A DNA stretch of 64,000 nucleotides from Ascidiella aspersa (taxonomy: Eukaryota), in assembly GCA_963924565.1 (NCBI GenBank), contig OZ004609.1, positions 32,054,001 to 32,118,000 of the forward strand, in the 5' to 3' direction. A model generated the notes under the pieces. The model had not been told where the DNA came from and did not search any database. It saw only the letters and a program-made list of their open reading frames with translations. Every line of letters starts with the position of its first letter. The first letter of the stretch is position 1. Positions 9,123 through 21,600 of this stretch are shown here, piece after piece. The translations under genes were made by a program, and so were the position numbers.

Positions 9123-10671
9123 CATGTATAGGTCTATTGTTGAACGGTGTACTGGTTATATAAACTTTATGCATTAGGATTATAAATACATAAATATATT
9201 AAAAAACTAATAAATATTAGAAAAACTAAGAGATGACAACTACTGTTTAACCACGAAAAAATAACTTTTTTTAACAAAACAAATTAATTGTTTTTGTTTG
9301 AATATTTGCAATATGTTATGATCATTAATTATTTTTTATTTCCAAGCGTTTAAAAAGATAACTGTGAATTTGTTTTGGTGTTATATAGTGGTCAACCGAC
9401 GCGTAAAAAGCGTTCCCCGTCAGAAATACTTTCGCCTGCTTGTATACAGATATTTAAACTATACTGTTTGATTTGGTGTTATTTAAGACTATAGTTTGGT
9501 TAAGTGAACAAACCATCCACAAATTTTGTATTTATTTTGTGTACAAATCAATCAAAACTAATGTGCAGACAATATTTAATTAGAATTGGTTTGTCTACGA
9601 TTATTTTTTTAAATTGCGGCTCTTCAAAAATTGCAAGCTTATTAAAAAGATAAAAAGTCGACTTTATTCCAAAACTAAAACCTAATTAAAATGTCGTTAC
9701 TCAAAGTTGGAAGCATTTTTCTGTTCGAGGAACCACTATAGACCAAACCTCTCTGCATCGACACACCTCGCCGTCTTTTCGGTGTACTTTACGATGAGCG
9801 AACGCCCTAAAAATCCCACGTAATTACGAACCAGAATGTGGACTGTTTGCCAGAAGAAAATAGCTAAACAAGTGCTCAGGCAAACATATTAAACAGAAGT
9901 TAGCTTCAATATAAGCTAAATCCTGCTCAAGGTAGAGTCATTTGCAGTCTTTGCTCAATGATATATACTCTGTTTGATACAAGGTTTAGTTTCAGTGTAA
10001 GTATAAGAATGTTGATTTGGTTTGTAATTAACATCTGGTGGTTAGCGATCCTTATCACAGGTTTAGTTTACACTTTGAACAACTTCTGTCAATACTTTCC
10101 CCTAGTTTCAACGAAACTGAAAAGCTATAATGAGATCTACAACGTAATAAGCTCGAAAATGTTTTTGACTACCGATCTTGAGCATTACGTTACAACGCCA
10201 AATAAAAAGTCAACAACGGCAGAAGAAAAAAGTAGAAGAAATGACGCAAGGTACATCTGGAACAACTCGCAGTTTTCTTTGGTTCCGGTGACGCCGAAAT
10301 AACGACACAAAATCAAACCTCACGAGATCTAAACTCAGAAGAAACAAATCAACAAAAGAAGGCACATTCGTTGTTAAACATTCGCACATTTTGCTTCGGT
10401 GAAAATGTTCTCTTAAGGTTATACGTTCTGCGATGCTGGTTATCTTTGCTTGCAACAATTTCCAGCTGCTACCTGTTGGTTTATTTTAACACTTTACACT
10501 CAACTAACATTCAATTTTCCTGCCACCAAAGGAAAACTAGTTTAACCTGCATTTATACAAACTATACGTAACTTATGTGGTTTGGGTTCAATGTGTAACG
10601 TACTTTGTCCAGACGCTTTCTGTAGCAGTGCCAATCTTTTTAATTTTTCGTGACATTTTGTGCTTAAATAA

Positions 10672-11247
10672 ACGTTCACTGATCTCAAACTAATCAAAAG
10701 GTTCGAACGTGCATCAGGAAATCATACCGACTGGAAAAATGTGCATGGTGTTATAAGGCATATCAAAAAACAAACTGGGAATAACTACAAAACATTTCTC
10801 AAGCTGTACGACTACAAAATTTTCTGGAAAGCTTTAGCAGCCTCGGATCTAGCTTTCTTATGCTTCTACAAAAAAGTGTTGAATGGAAACTTAACCAAAG
10901 TATCTACCATGTTAGAAATATCTACATATTTTAAAGATCTAGATTCGAAAATTAAAGAAATTAACCGAAAGTGTCAGATAAAAATAGAACTTTATATACC
11001 ATCTATGATTGATGAAATCGGGGAAGCGAATCTATTGGTTTTAATCAACTATCTTAAAAGTTTGGACAAAATGTACCAAGGCCGAAAGTCAGAAGAAGAT
11101 AGCCCTTCTTCTAATGTACTAACAATTATCAATTATACCATCGATGTGTTAAACAAACTTTTACAATTGTCTACAAACCAAGAAAGTCAACAAACGCACA
11201 GAACGAAACTCAACAAGACGGAAAACACGAAAATCCTCCAAACGTAA
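10672..11247 (+). pseudogene. Unassigned 576-nt open frame, possibly an exon of a decayed gene spanning ~9690-11340
   Basis: 191 stop-free codons in very AT-rich DNA giving a helical-looking protein. Neighbouring stretches (9691-9867, ~10100-10330, ~11283-11340) read as protein-like with in-frame stops or frameshifts. No family recognised. Confidence 0.35.
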
Positions 11248-11358
11248 ACCAACAGTGTTACAAATACCAAAAACTAACATAGGATTTACGAAATGGTCAT
11301 AATGAAATATTGCAGGAACTACACAGGATGATCTCCAAAGGTAATATAAAGCCTAACT

Positions 11359-11764
11359 CAGGTATAGGCAAACTACCGCCCTTGTGCCACACCCGGCCCG
11401 TTTTAGCGTTAAATTCGGCCAATGAACCACTACTCTCATCATTTTAAGAATGTATTTGTTTTTTCCGTTATAGGTTCATGCTATAGAAATGTAGTGAGAA
11501 GGCATCTGAATTCTAAGTTGTATAGTAAACTTTATAATACTCTATTTTCCAAATGAGTGACGAAAAGCGTTAAAATTTACAAAAAAACTTAAATAAATGT
11601 GCGTTTTCGAGACCACCAGGCCCGCTTTTCAAATACAAATAAAGGAGTAACAAAAAGCCAGAAAATGTATAAAAAACTTAAATAAATAAGCGTTTTAGTT
11701 CATTAGGCCCGCTTTTCAGATCATAAAAAATTGGCCCGCATCTCATAAAGTTTGCCCACCCCTG
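11359..11764. mobile_element. hAT-type MITE
   Basis: TIRs caggtataggcaaact / agtttgcccacccctg; TSD gcctaact/ccctaact; internal ggcccgc repeats. Confidence 0.8.
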
Positions 11765-12143
11765 CCCTAACTGCTATACCAATAGTAACAGTGTCATTAA
11801 CGAATAATTTTCCCTAGTATTAAACATCTTTTAGGGTGCTAGGGATGCTATTTTTTGTGCCCATAGCTTTAACGATTATTACTCTCGTGAAAACTCGGCC
11901 TCTTAGCAAACGTAATAAAACGGTTAATATTTTATGCTCGTCGATTGAATCGTATCTTATATTATATTGTCCTTAGCACTTAAATGTTCTGGATGTCTTT
12001 TGAAACTTTGAATATACTCTGAGTAAAATGGCCCTCTATGAAACTAAAAAGTTGTGTAAGGACGGGTTTATTAGCGGCCCTGCTGGTTAAGACGCCGATA
12101 TATCCAAAGACCGCGCGTTAGTAATCTGTAGGACGAGTTAAGT

Positions 12144-12441
12144 CAGTGGTTCCCAAACTTTTTTGGCTCGCGGCACACTAAAAATATCTTGAATATTTCG
12201 CGGCACACTTTTAGCAGAACAGCAATAGAGTAATTTTGCAATCGCCCAAGAAACTATACGGAAATGTTTCAAAATGATTAATTTGTAATGAATAGTTCGT
12301 GTTCAAGTCTAAAATGCTTGCGCGTATGCTTATTGGTAAAACAAATACTTTATTTTCCGAAATTACAAAAAGTTTCGCTGCACACTTGGCAATCTCTCAA
12401 GGCACACTAGTGTGCCGCGGCACACAGTTTGGGAATCATTG
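12144..12441 (+). mobile_element. hAT-type MITE
   Basis: TIRs cagtggttcccaaact / agtttgggaatcattg; 8-bp TSD agttaagt/agttaact; repeated subterminal gcggcacac. Confidence 0.85.
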
Positions 12442-13084
12442 AGTTAACTCTTCGCCTTAAGACCAAATCTTAGCGACATCAAACGCTAAACGATTAACCT
12501 TTTCTCACTTGATAAGTCTTCAATATGCATTCCAAAACTGCATGATTTAACGTCATTGCTAAAGACATGCCGTTTAGAGCGAAATATTTCTGCGTATATA
12601 AGGATTTTCTTTGAAAACATTTTAATTCAAATGCAGAGAGCAAAAAAACAGCAAAATAAATTGTTTTGCGCAAATATTAATTAACAGCAATAGCTGGAGG
12701 TGAAACGAACAGGAGTAAAATAAAAAATAGTCCTAATATCCAAAGTTTTCAGGGGTGTCAATAATGTATTTTCATTCACAACCGTATTGAACTTTTTTTC
12801 CAATCGCTCGTTCCCTTCTATGATTTGTCATATTTTTCATATTTTTCGCATTTGTCTCGAATGTAATGTAATTATATATTCTCTATGTAGGAATTTAGGG
12901 AAATAAATATTAAACGTTGTTTATCTAAAAACAAATGCTATTTGGTTACGTAGTGGTTATTGAATTATATTGACGCGAAGAGTATTTCTAATATTCTGTG
13001 TCGCAATACTAATTAGTCGCTTTTGTGTTGTTTTTTTTCTAAAAAGAAAGTTGCCCAAAAACAACGTCTAATGCGAAATCCTTT

Positions 13085-13610
13085 CAACCAGGCTGACAAA
13101 AGAAGCAACTATATTATTTGGCTTTACGCTTTCGCCGCGTTCGCTATCGTGGCAGTAAAACAGAAATAAAAGCTTCAGATGCACTTTCTCAAAGGAAAAA
13201 TCAACTGATTAAAGTGCTGTCAGGTGAATTAATCAAATGCCTGTATATAAGCCCTAATTAAACGACAGGCACCTCAACATGATGTAAAGCTAAATTAAAA
13301 GCACAATCGTTTTTTTCAATTTTTTTCTCGTTTTTGCAAGTGTGTAAGATACGCACATCATGCACTTTCGAATTAACAGCCGCGGCAAAAGTTGTTGAAG
13401 TTAACGTTTTTAATCACACTGGCTCAGATGACCTTTATTCAAGATAGAATTCGTCGTTTCTAAAGGCAAATCCATTTGACTGCAACCAGATTCGTTCCAG
13501 GAGTTTTGATCGGCGAAAAAAAAATCCCCAAAATCTCGACGCAGTCTCTTGTCCGGCAGCTGGCGCTCTTGCGTACTTCATGACAATTAAATCGAAAGCC
13601 GGCAGTTCCG
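13085..13610. repeat. Diverged direct duplicate of ~15010-15548 (ephrin paralogue 1 3' UTR and flank)
   Basis: Colinear blocks at ~1.93-kb offset, e.g. agattcgttccag, aatctcgacgcagt, gtccggcagctggcgc, acctttatt.aag, tgcaag.gtgtaa, aaagtg.t..caggtga. Confidence 0.85.
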
Positions 13611-14717
13611 CATTGCGAATTCGTTTTGCAGTTATATATTCACCTTATCGTCGGTTGTTGTCGATATTGGCTCTGTTTAAATGGCCTCAGTACCAAAGAT
13701 CCAATTCTAGTTACCCAATTAACAACCGCTGCAGGCTATGTCGATATTTTAGTTTCAAGCCACAACCGTTTTGTACTAAGAGCTGTTTTACTTTTCAACA
13801 ATGGTTTCTCCAGGTTTGCTTTTGTTGCACTGTACATTTACCGCGCTTGTCCGAAATGTAATCTTTGATTGTTTGGCTTTTATGTAGTCTGTAGTGCTCA
13901 TATTGAACTGTAGAATGACGTCAGCACTCTGTGTCCATATCTGTCCGTATCGTAACGCTTGGTCACCTTTTGCTGTTGTGTTGTTTCAAATAAAAGTAGC
14001 CTTTAACATATTGAGGGGTGCTAAAGTTAGATGCTGTCAGTCAAATAACAACACATGCGACTTTTGTAGACGACTCCTTGCAGTAGATATGCAATCCACT
14101 TGAAACTTTTACCATGTTTTCTGCGCTGACAAGCAAACATCAAAGACTTAACAGAAACTGATAAATTGTATTTTTCTTTATTCGTAAAGTTTTGTAAGAG
14201 CATCGTTAAAAGCAAAACAAAGAGCGACATCACAGTGCAAAAACAACAAAAAATAAGATAAAACAAAATAAAAGAAAAAATCCAAAATTCAACCGAAATA
14301 TTGCGTTCGCGCAAACATATCAAACTTAAAAGCAACACAAAAATCTTATATTTAATCTTGACCAGAATCTAAAGAAACGGAATTATTTAGCTTAACCAAC
14401 TATAGGGAATGTTTGTTACAAAACGAGTCTTAAAAGTTAGCGAGCAGCAAATGTTAACTCAAGACAGTCATAAAGCTTGTGAAACGTCTCGTTTCAAGTG
14501 CTGTAAAATATTTTCAGCGCTATAAAAACGCATAATTAAATCCAACTCCAGAACGAAGCTGACTATAGTCACTTCGTATAGAAGCCGTATAAAATTGAAC
14601 CAGATTTCTTCAAAGGTTCCTTTTCAAAGGCGTAAACCCACACATCTTGCACCGTGTTTTTCGCTATTTCTCATTTGTATGGCGTTACAACCCTCTATAC
14701 CTGTTTGCCAAGCGGCG

Positions 14718-14776
14718 AAATTTAGATTTTACACAATTTTTTTAGATTTTACAACAAAATTTAGATTTTACAACAG
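14718..14776. repeat. Three tandem copies of tttagattttaca (~21-bp period)
   Basis: Direct reading. Confidence 0.8.
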
Positions 14777-15378
14777 CACTGTGAAATACGCCGCAGATTT
14801 CATCCCGAAATCCAAGTATGTGGCAGTATAGGTTCACGCGCATTTTATCGGAGCTGGCCGAAACAAACAATTAACAAAAAAAATAATCAAGTATACACCT
14901 TAATCTCGCAGAAAACCGACAAAGCGCCGGCGCAGTGATGGTTTTCTGTCCTAAAAAAATTGTTACGCAGTAATTTGGGCACGAAGCAGACATGAATACG
15001 TTGTTTATGTTGAGTAAAAACAGCTGCTATTTTGAGGGCTTTCATTCGATGTGTTGGCAGTCCGTTTTAGTCGGGTAAAAATTAGCTTTAATTGCCCAAT
15101 GCAAGCAAATGAATTGAATCGAAAAATAGCTTGTTTAAAGTGTTACCAGGTGATCAACAAAAACGCAAGCTGGGATACGACACAGCAAATAAAGACAAGC
15201 ACTTGCCTGGCATTAAGCTTAAACAAAAGCACAGTTTATTTAATTCTTGTTTTTTTCTCTGTTTTCTGCAAGGGTGTAATAAGCATTAAGCACCTTTTTT
15301 CGAATGAAAAGCGTCGGCCGCCGCCACAAATATTTGATCAAGCAGTTTAAATCCCACTTTAACGGAGGTAAATAACCC

Positions 15379-15384
15379 TTTATT
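15379..15384 (-). terminator. Candidate polyadenylation signal of ephrin paralogue 1
   Basis: AATAAA on minus about 200 nt past the stop; also conserved in the duplicated copy at 13434-13439. Confidence 0.45.
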
Positions 15385-15585
15385 GAAGTTTTGCAACACA
15401 TCCCTTTTTAGACGTCAACTAGATTCGTTCCAGAATGTTCGCTCGGCGTGAAAAAATCCCCATAATCTCGACGCAGTTTCTCGTCCGGCAGCTGGCGCCC
15501 TTTCGGAATTCTTGACACTTGAGGCAGCAGAGCAACGGAGCAGTTCCCAGTCGGGTTAGTCCATCGCCTCCACAAGGTCTCACAA

Positions 15586-15689
15586 TCATCTTTGAAGGAG
15601 GAAAAAAAAGAGCGGAAGCAGGACCGTCCACATGGTAGCGCTACTGAGCCGAGTGTTGGCGCCGTTAGTGGTGGTGGTTGAACTTTTCA
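15586..15689 (-). CDS. Efna: Ephrin-A paralogue 1, terminal exon (GPI signal)
   Basis: Encodes VKSSTTTTNGANTRLSSATMWTVLLPLFFFLLQR*; acceptor cttttcag. Confidence 0.9.
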
Positions 15690-18600
15690 CTGAAAAGGTA
15701 AATGAAGTTTTTCACAGGCTCCAAATAGCGTAAATTACACTTGTTTGTGTAAAACTTCCGGGTATCGCTAGTAGTCCAACAACAAAATGGTATAAATAAA
15801 CAAAACAGTGGCATTTGTGGACAGAGCTCAAACAAAAGAAACAGATAAATAAATAAGTTTTTTTTAGACCAAAGCATAAAATTTCCTATCTTTTTTTAGC
15901 AATTAACATTCATAAATTGCCCTGTTAACTAAGGACGAACAGCAGTTATTAGATTCACATATGTAAGTATCTCAAGTCTTTACCTATCGGACGAGCTGAA
16001 TTTGCAAAATTGACTTTCTTCGTTGCTTTTGGGGTTGTTGTGGTTGTAGGGGGGGTTGGTTTCGGGGTGGGTTTGGGGGTCTTCTTCGGTATGCCAGGGG
16101 TGGGTTTCACTGTTGCCTTGTCATGATGGTGAACGGTTTCATGGCGAACCTTGATGCGCATGCGCATTGCGTTTTCGCACGTCATCTTGGTCAAGTCGGA
16201 AAATGCTGGAAGGCGAAAAAAAATTGTTATTCGAGCACACGCCCAGGCAGTTTTAAGGTCCCGTAGTAACACATAGTGGTTATGCTCTAAAGTTGTAGGC
16301 GTTTCCTTCCCACTGTACAACGATATTTAACAATTCATCGCGTTTAGAAATTTGGTGACGTGAATTTGTCAGTTTTCTTTTTTAAATCCATTTTCACGAA
16401 GCGTCGCTTGGCGTACTCGGAAGTATTACTGAGAAAAGGTTGTTATAATGCGTGTAACGAAGTTTAAAAACTTACAATAACAATCATGCAGTTAAAAGTG
16501 ATGTATGTGATAGCTTCAACAATCAAGGGAAATTAAAAAAAAATTGATCGCTCAAAACGTGTTTCCCGGTCGCGAAGGGTCGCTGCTTTAAACCTCTCAC
16601 TAGAATATTATCAAAATGCATCGTAATAAAGATATTTACAAGATGCAAAGACTTACCCAGGTAATAGTAGTAATGGCCGGGCAGGAAAATAAAGCCCAGG
16701 GGATTTGGACTCCGTTTCTGAAACTTGGTGGTCAGCTTTCGAGTCTGTGTTGGGTTGTTGCAATCGAAGATCTTGCGAAATTCTGAACGAGAACATGAAG
16801 TTAGTTTACTCTGTATTTTTTTTTTGTTTTTTTAGCCATGTGAGAATTACTCCCAACCCAAGCCTTTAGAGCTACGCAGCGCATGGTTCATTTTCCAGGC
16901 CACCCCAACGCTCATATAGTTCCCCTTTTAGTTGTATTTTCGCGGTCTGGCTTTCCAACTGGCTTATTCCAATCGGTAAGGGCCTTTTTTCTCATTCAGC
17001 AAACATACTTAGGTTTTTTGGCGATCTAAAGTCGCGATATGACGATACCAAAGACCCCGAAAAGAAAAAAACGAAAATCCAGTCGTGCCCACCGTCGGGC
17101 ACAATGGCCACAGCTGGAAGCGTAGACCACCCAGCGATTTCATACAAAAAATACGCTAAGGCAACCAAGAGGCGTTTGGCGCTGTAAATGGCCCACCTAC
17201 AGCGCGACCCTGTATTATCTAGGCCTACCACAATACGCAATTCCCCGACTGTTGCTAACGCCAATATGAGGAACCCGCACCATTCAACTCACTAGGGCCG
17301 TGCGCGACACAATAGCTTGGGGTTCGTTTGGAAAACCGGGGTCTTTCAAGCAGTGTGACTGGGTGAAAATGTGGATTGAGTAGCCGCTGTAACAACAGCA
17401 AAACTGCCAACACATTTGAATAGTAAATTGAGTGAGCTGAATAGCGACTAATTCGCACACCCTTCTAACTTCGAGAGTGTAATGTTAGAACTCGTATTTA
17501 TTACCCTTTGAACGCGTGCTAGGATATAGCTATGAAAGAACCAGCATACGTGCTTAGTGTTTATTGAATACCGGCACTATACTAGAGGCCAGCCAGTCGC
17601 CTATACTTATCTGGAATTATTGAAAAACCGAGCACAGCAAATGGTCCAACGATGAGCGCAAGAAAAGGAATGCGCTGTGGTATAGTGTAATTGGAAAAAG
17701 GAGGGCGCTCTTATCAGTTTCACCTTGGTGTTGGACCGTAGGCACGTAAGCACTTTCGACAGCAAGCTGTTTCACGGACTCCCTATACGCTGACTATGTC
17801 AAGTTTGGACAAGCCTTTGTTGTATAGCCTACTTGAACTAGCAACGAGTATCGAACTGTTTTTTTTGATTTAAGAAACCGAGTTTCCCGCGATACCTTAA
17901 AATTTAAGTTCAACTTTATAGACCAACTTAGAATGGGCTGAGTAATGGCAGACCTGTGTATTCGACCTTAAATATAAGAGTAAAAGATATTCCCAAGTCG
18001 AACAAAGGAAAAATAGCTATGACAAAAAACGTTATTCAAGTATAGAGCACCATAAAATCCGTGTTTACGGGTTCCAAACTTGAACTCTTTTTCGTTTTAT
18101 AGAAAAATGTTTAACAAAATACGGACCTATCGTTTGGCTTCGGTAGTGCGCAACGGATTCAGTACATAACGCACATTTTGGTGGATCCTATGTCGCACCC
18201 ACGCCCGTTTAAAAAATAAAGACCGGTTTAAAAGAAACTTACCATGTTTCTCGCCCAACGTGCACTTGTAAAAGTTCTCCTCGCTCACATTGAATATGGC
18301 GAAGGTTAGCCTCTGTGCCTCGGGCTTGTCCTTGTCGTACTGCGGACAATAGAGGTCCATGTACTCGTTGCTGTGCACTTCAAGGTGGTAGATCTCGCCG
18401 TATGAAAACCTGCAACACACACAACACGCGAAGTTAATACTTGTGGCAGTTGTGCTTGACCTGGCCGTTTTTTTTCTATGAATTTGGAAAATGGTTTGAC
18501 TTTTCAGGCTTTGACAGATCTTTTGTGAGATCGTGCATGCTACTTTTGCATTTTTTTGTTGGGGACATCCAGCTTTTATTGGAAATACGTTCACTGAGTT

Positions 18601-21600
18601 ACATACACATGTAGAAAGCATCACACACACACGACACATTTTTCCAGCGTTTAAACCTGAAGGAGTAAGTCCAGTCACAATATTATTAGTTTAATTTTTA
18701 AAGTTTGCGTTCTTTTAAGCGACGAAAGAAACTGCCTAAGTCGTTGCCAGTCGGCCCAACAGTGCCAACCGACTTGCACATTGTCAAGCAACCTATATTA
18801 CGCTTTGCTGGTCACCCCGCTGTTACCAATCACACGAAAAACGTCACTTGTAGCCCAAGGAGGCAAACTCAAGACCATGCGGGGATTCCATCGGCATGGA
18901 AATGTTCGTGTCTACAATTTTTCAGTCTTGGCCACGGCAACGGCTTGTCGGCAAACAAGATTCCCGAATTAAAAAAAACAGTAAACAGCAGTTTGAAACG
19001 CTTATTCCTTGTCGGTAAACATCTGACGACACAACCCTTCGTGTTGCTTTTATCGTTTCGCTTGCTATCTTACATAGTTAATTGGTTATCTATGCTGGAT
19101 ATACAAACTGTTGGGCTATTGGCCAATACAACGTTGAATCTTACATTAGATTATTTGAAGAGCTTTTTGCGATTTTATTTTGCATAATAATTAAAGATAA
19201 GCACAATACCGTTGCTATAACGCCTACTTTGTGGCTACTTATACAATCAGTTATGTGCAGCGTGTAACGTTTGCTCAACTGTACAAGTCAACATCATATT
19301 TTGCAATGATACAATTACCTAACAATGTTAGAAATACCCAAAACTCAAATGGGCTTTTGAGAACAGCGCAAAACTATTTCGGACAACCAGCGACGTTATG
19401 TCATCGTTACAGCAAAGAGTCGCCAAGGTTTACACGAGTTTATTAGGTTGTAAGCGTTCACAATACAGTAACACTGAAAAAAGATCTGCTTTAACAAGCT
19501 TGCTTAATGGCAGGAGAATAATTTTCCTGTCGCTGTTTTGGACAACAAACTTTATTGACACAGGGAACCTTGTAAGCCCGTCGTACTAACACGCAGACGC
19601 CATCTGTCTTGTAAGATTAATTGTTAAGTCGCGCTCACTTTAACAATAAAAAACAATTACGCTAAAGTCCTGTCTAGGAAAACAGTTTTCTTTCTTGCCG
19701 AATGTTTACGTCAACGTCTATGGAGACGTTTGTCATCCCCAGTGTGACGTCACATAGACAATGGCAAGCACCCGAGCGCGTGTGTATTCTATTTTTACAC
19801 TTGTGTTACACAGTCGGCCTTTGTAGGAGAGGTGGGTAAAGAAAAATAGGGCGGTGTGTTTTCTATGTCACGCGATTGCCGTCGAGCAAACACAATTACC
19901 TCATAGCGCCGTAAATAATCGCCTGCAGCAGCCCCCACCCCCCAACCACCGCCCCCTCGTCACCTTTGCATTTGCTTTGTGACGTAATACACACCTACGC
20001 TCAATTAATTGCCACGTGTAAGGTTTAGGGGTGTGATACGCCAGTTTTATTGCGACCGAAGACAATCGAAACTCAGTCCTACTCGAGCGCTGAAAAGGAT
20101 AAATCATACGGAACAGGAACAGTGGGTAAAAGTCCCCTGGCGTAATTTGAGAGGAGTTTTTTGTAAAACGTGTACTGATTAAGGAGTACTGGTGTAAAAT
20201 CCCCTGAGGCCTAAATGACCCAGGTCATTTGTGAAGCTCAAACTTTTAGACAACAACAACCAACCGCACTTATACTTCCAACAAATGTCCGGGTGTCCAA
20301 AAGTTTTCTTCAAGGATGAAAAACCCAACTACATCAAAATGATTTACATTAGGAAAAAAATAACTTTTAAATTATAGCACTTTATAAAGATGAGAAATTT
20401 AAAAGAGAGTCCTTGCCATTTTAATTCAAAGGCGGTGTCATAAGTTTCAAAGGCGATGTAATAAGTTGCCGATGTTTTTAAGACACAAATTTCATTATTT
20501 TCAACCCTAACCTGGTCCAACCTTTGTACAATAAAAATGCAGTGACTAAGACCGAGGCGAGAAGCCCCTGCAAAAAAAGGGGTCACATGACGTTACTCGT
20601 TGTCAGCTGATTAATCGAAAAGCAGCATCGTCCGACTTTAAACAAGGAGAGAGTTAGTAGTACCCCTGCCCGATCTTGCGCCATAGCAAACAAAAAGCGA
20701 CGAGAAGCATCTGCTTCAGAGTGAGCAGCAAACATGAAACTTTCGAGTCGAACCGATGCTGGCTTGGCGGGGGGCACGCCCGGCAAACAAGCGAATCAAT
20801 TGCGGGACTTGCTGGAGTGGCGTTTGTTGGTCTATGTGTGTGTGTATAAGTAGGGGGGTAAAAATGCTTACGCGTTGCATCTAAAGCAGCCGTTTTTTCT
20901 TCTCCATTTTTTTGCATTTATGGGCTGCAAATTCAATCATTCACTCGAGAAAACCGTAAGACCTTCCAAGGCGTTTAAAAAGCTTTTGACAGCATTTGTT
21001 AAATTTTGCGGTAATTTTGAACCTACGAGTAGAATTTGGCCCTAAATTGCTTTCAAAAGCCACACACTGGCTTTCACAATTCGCAAAAATCGCATGAAAA
21101 CCTCGCGGTTCGAAGCTTGTTTGCAAAAGGAGGCCAACCGACGTCGTTTCGACTTTGTTGCCGAAATGCAGCGAGAGCGACGAGCGCAAGTGAAACATTA
21201 ACCAGCACTGAGCAAAGCTAGGCGTTAAAGAGAGCACGACTAAAAAGCGCCAGCGATCGTCTATGGTTACCAAGTAAACAGTCGGGACAAAGCTAAACAC
21301 CCGACTCGTAACCAGATCGGCTTGAGCTAGAGCGAAGCCTGTTGTGTCGAGCCGTGTTGTACAGGCTAGGCCTACGCGCCACCCTGCAATTGTTATATAT
21401 TTACAAGGACCCATTTATCGATGAGACAGCTTGCCGCTTCTTATGCTGGCACCGCCCAAATGTAAGAGCCTTGTTTCCATATCGCTTTTCAATCACAGTT
21501 TGTCAACATGTGGATATCGCCTTGCAAAGCTGATGGCGTTTAACTGTGATTGGAAAAGCATTACGCGTGTAATGGCGATTGGTTCTGCCCACGGCAGCTT

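Noticed and set aside
17105-17145. GGCCACAGCTGGAAGCGT resembles the start of the CPEB3 HDV-like ribozyme
   Set aside because: The complementary P3, P1 and P2 strands were not found downstream.
16840-17870. Sequence with a retroelement-like feel in ephrin intron 2
   Set aside because: No termini, TSD, RT motif or second copy could be identified by eye; needs a repeat-library search.
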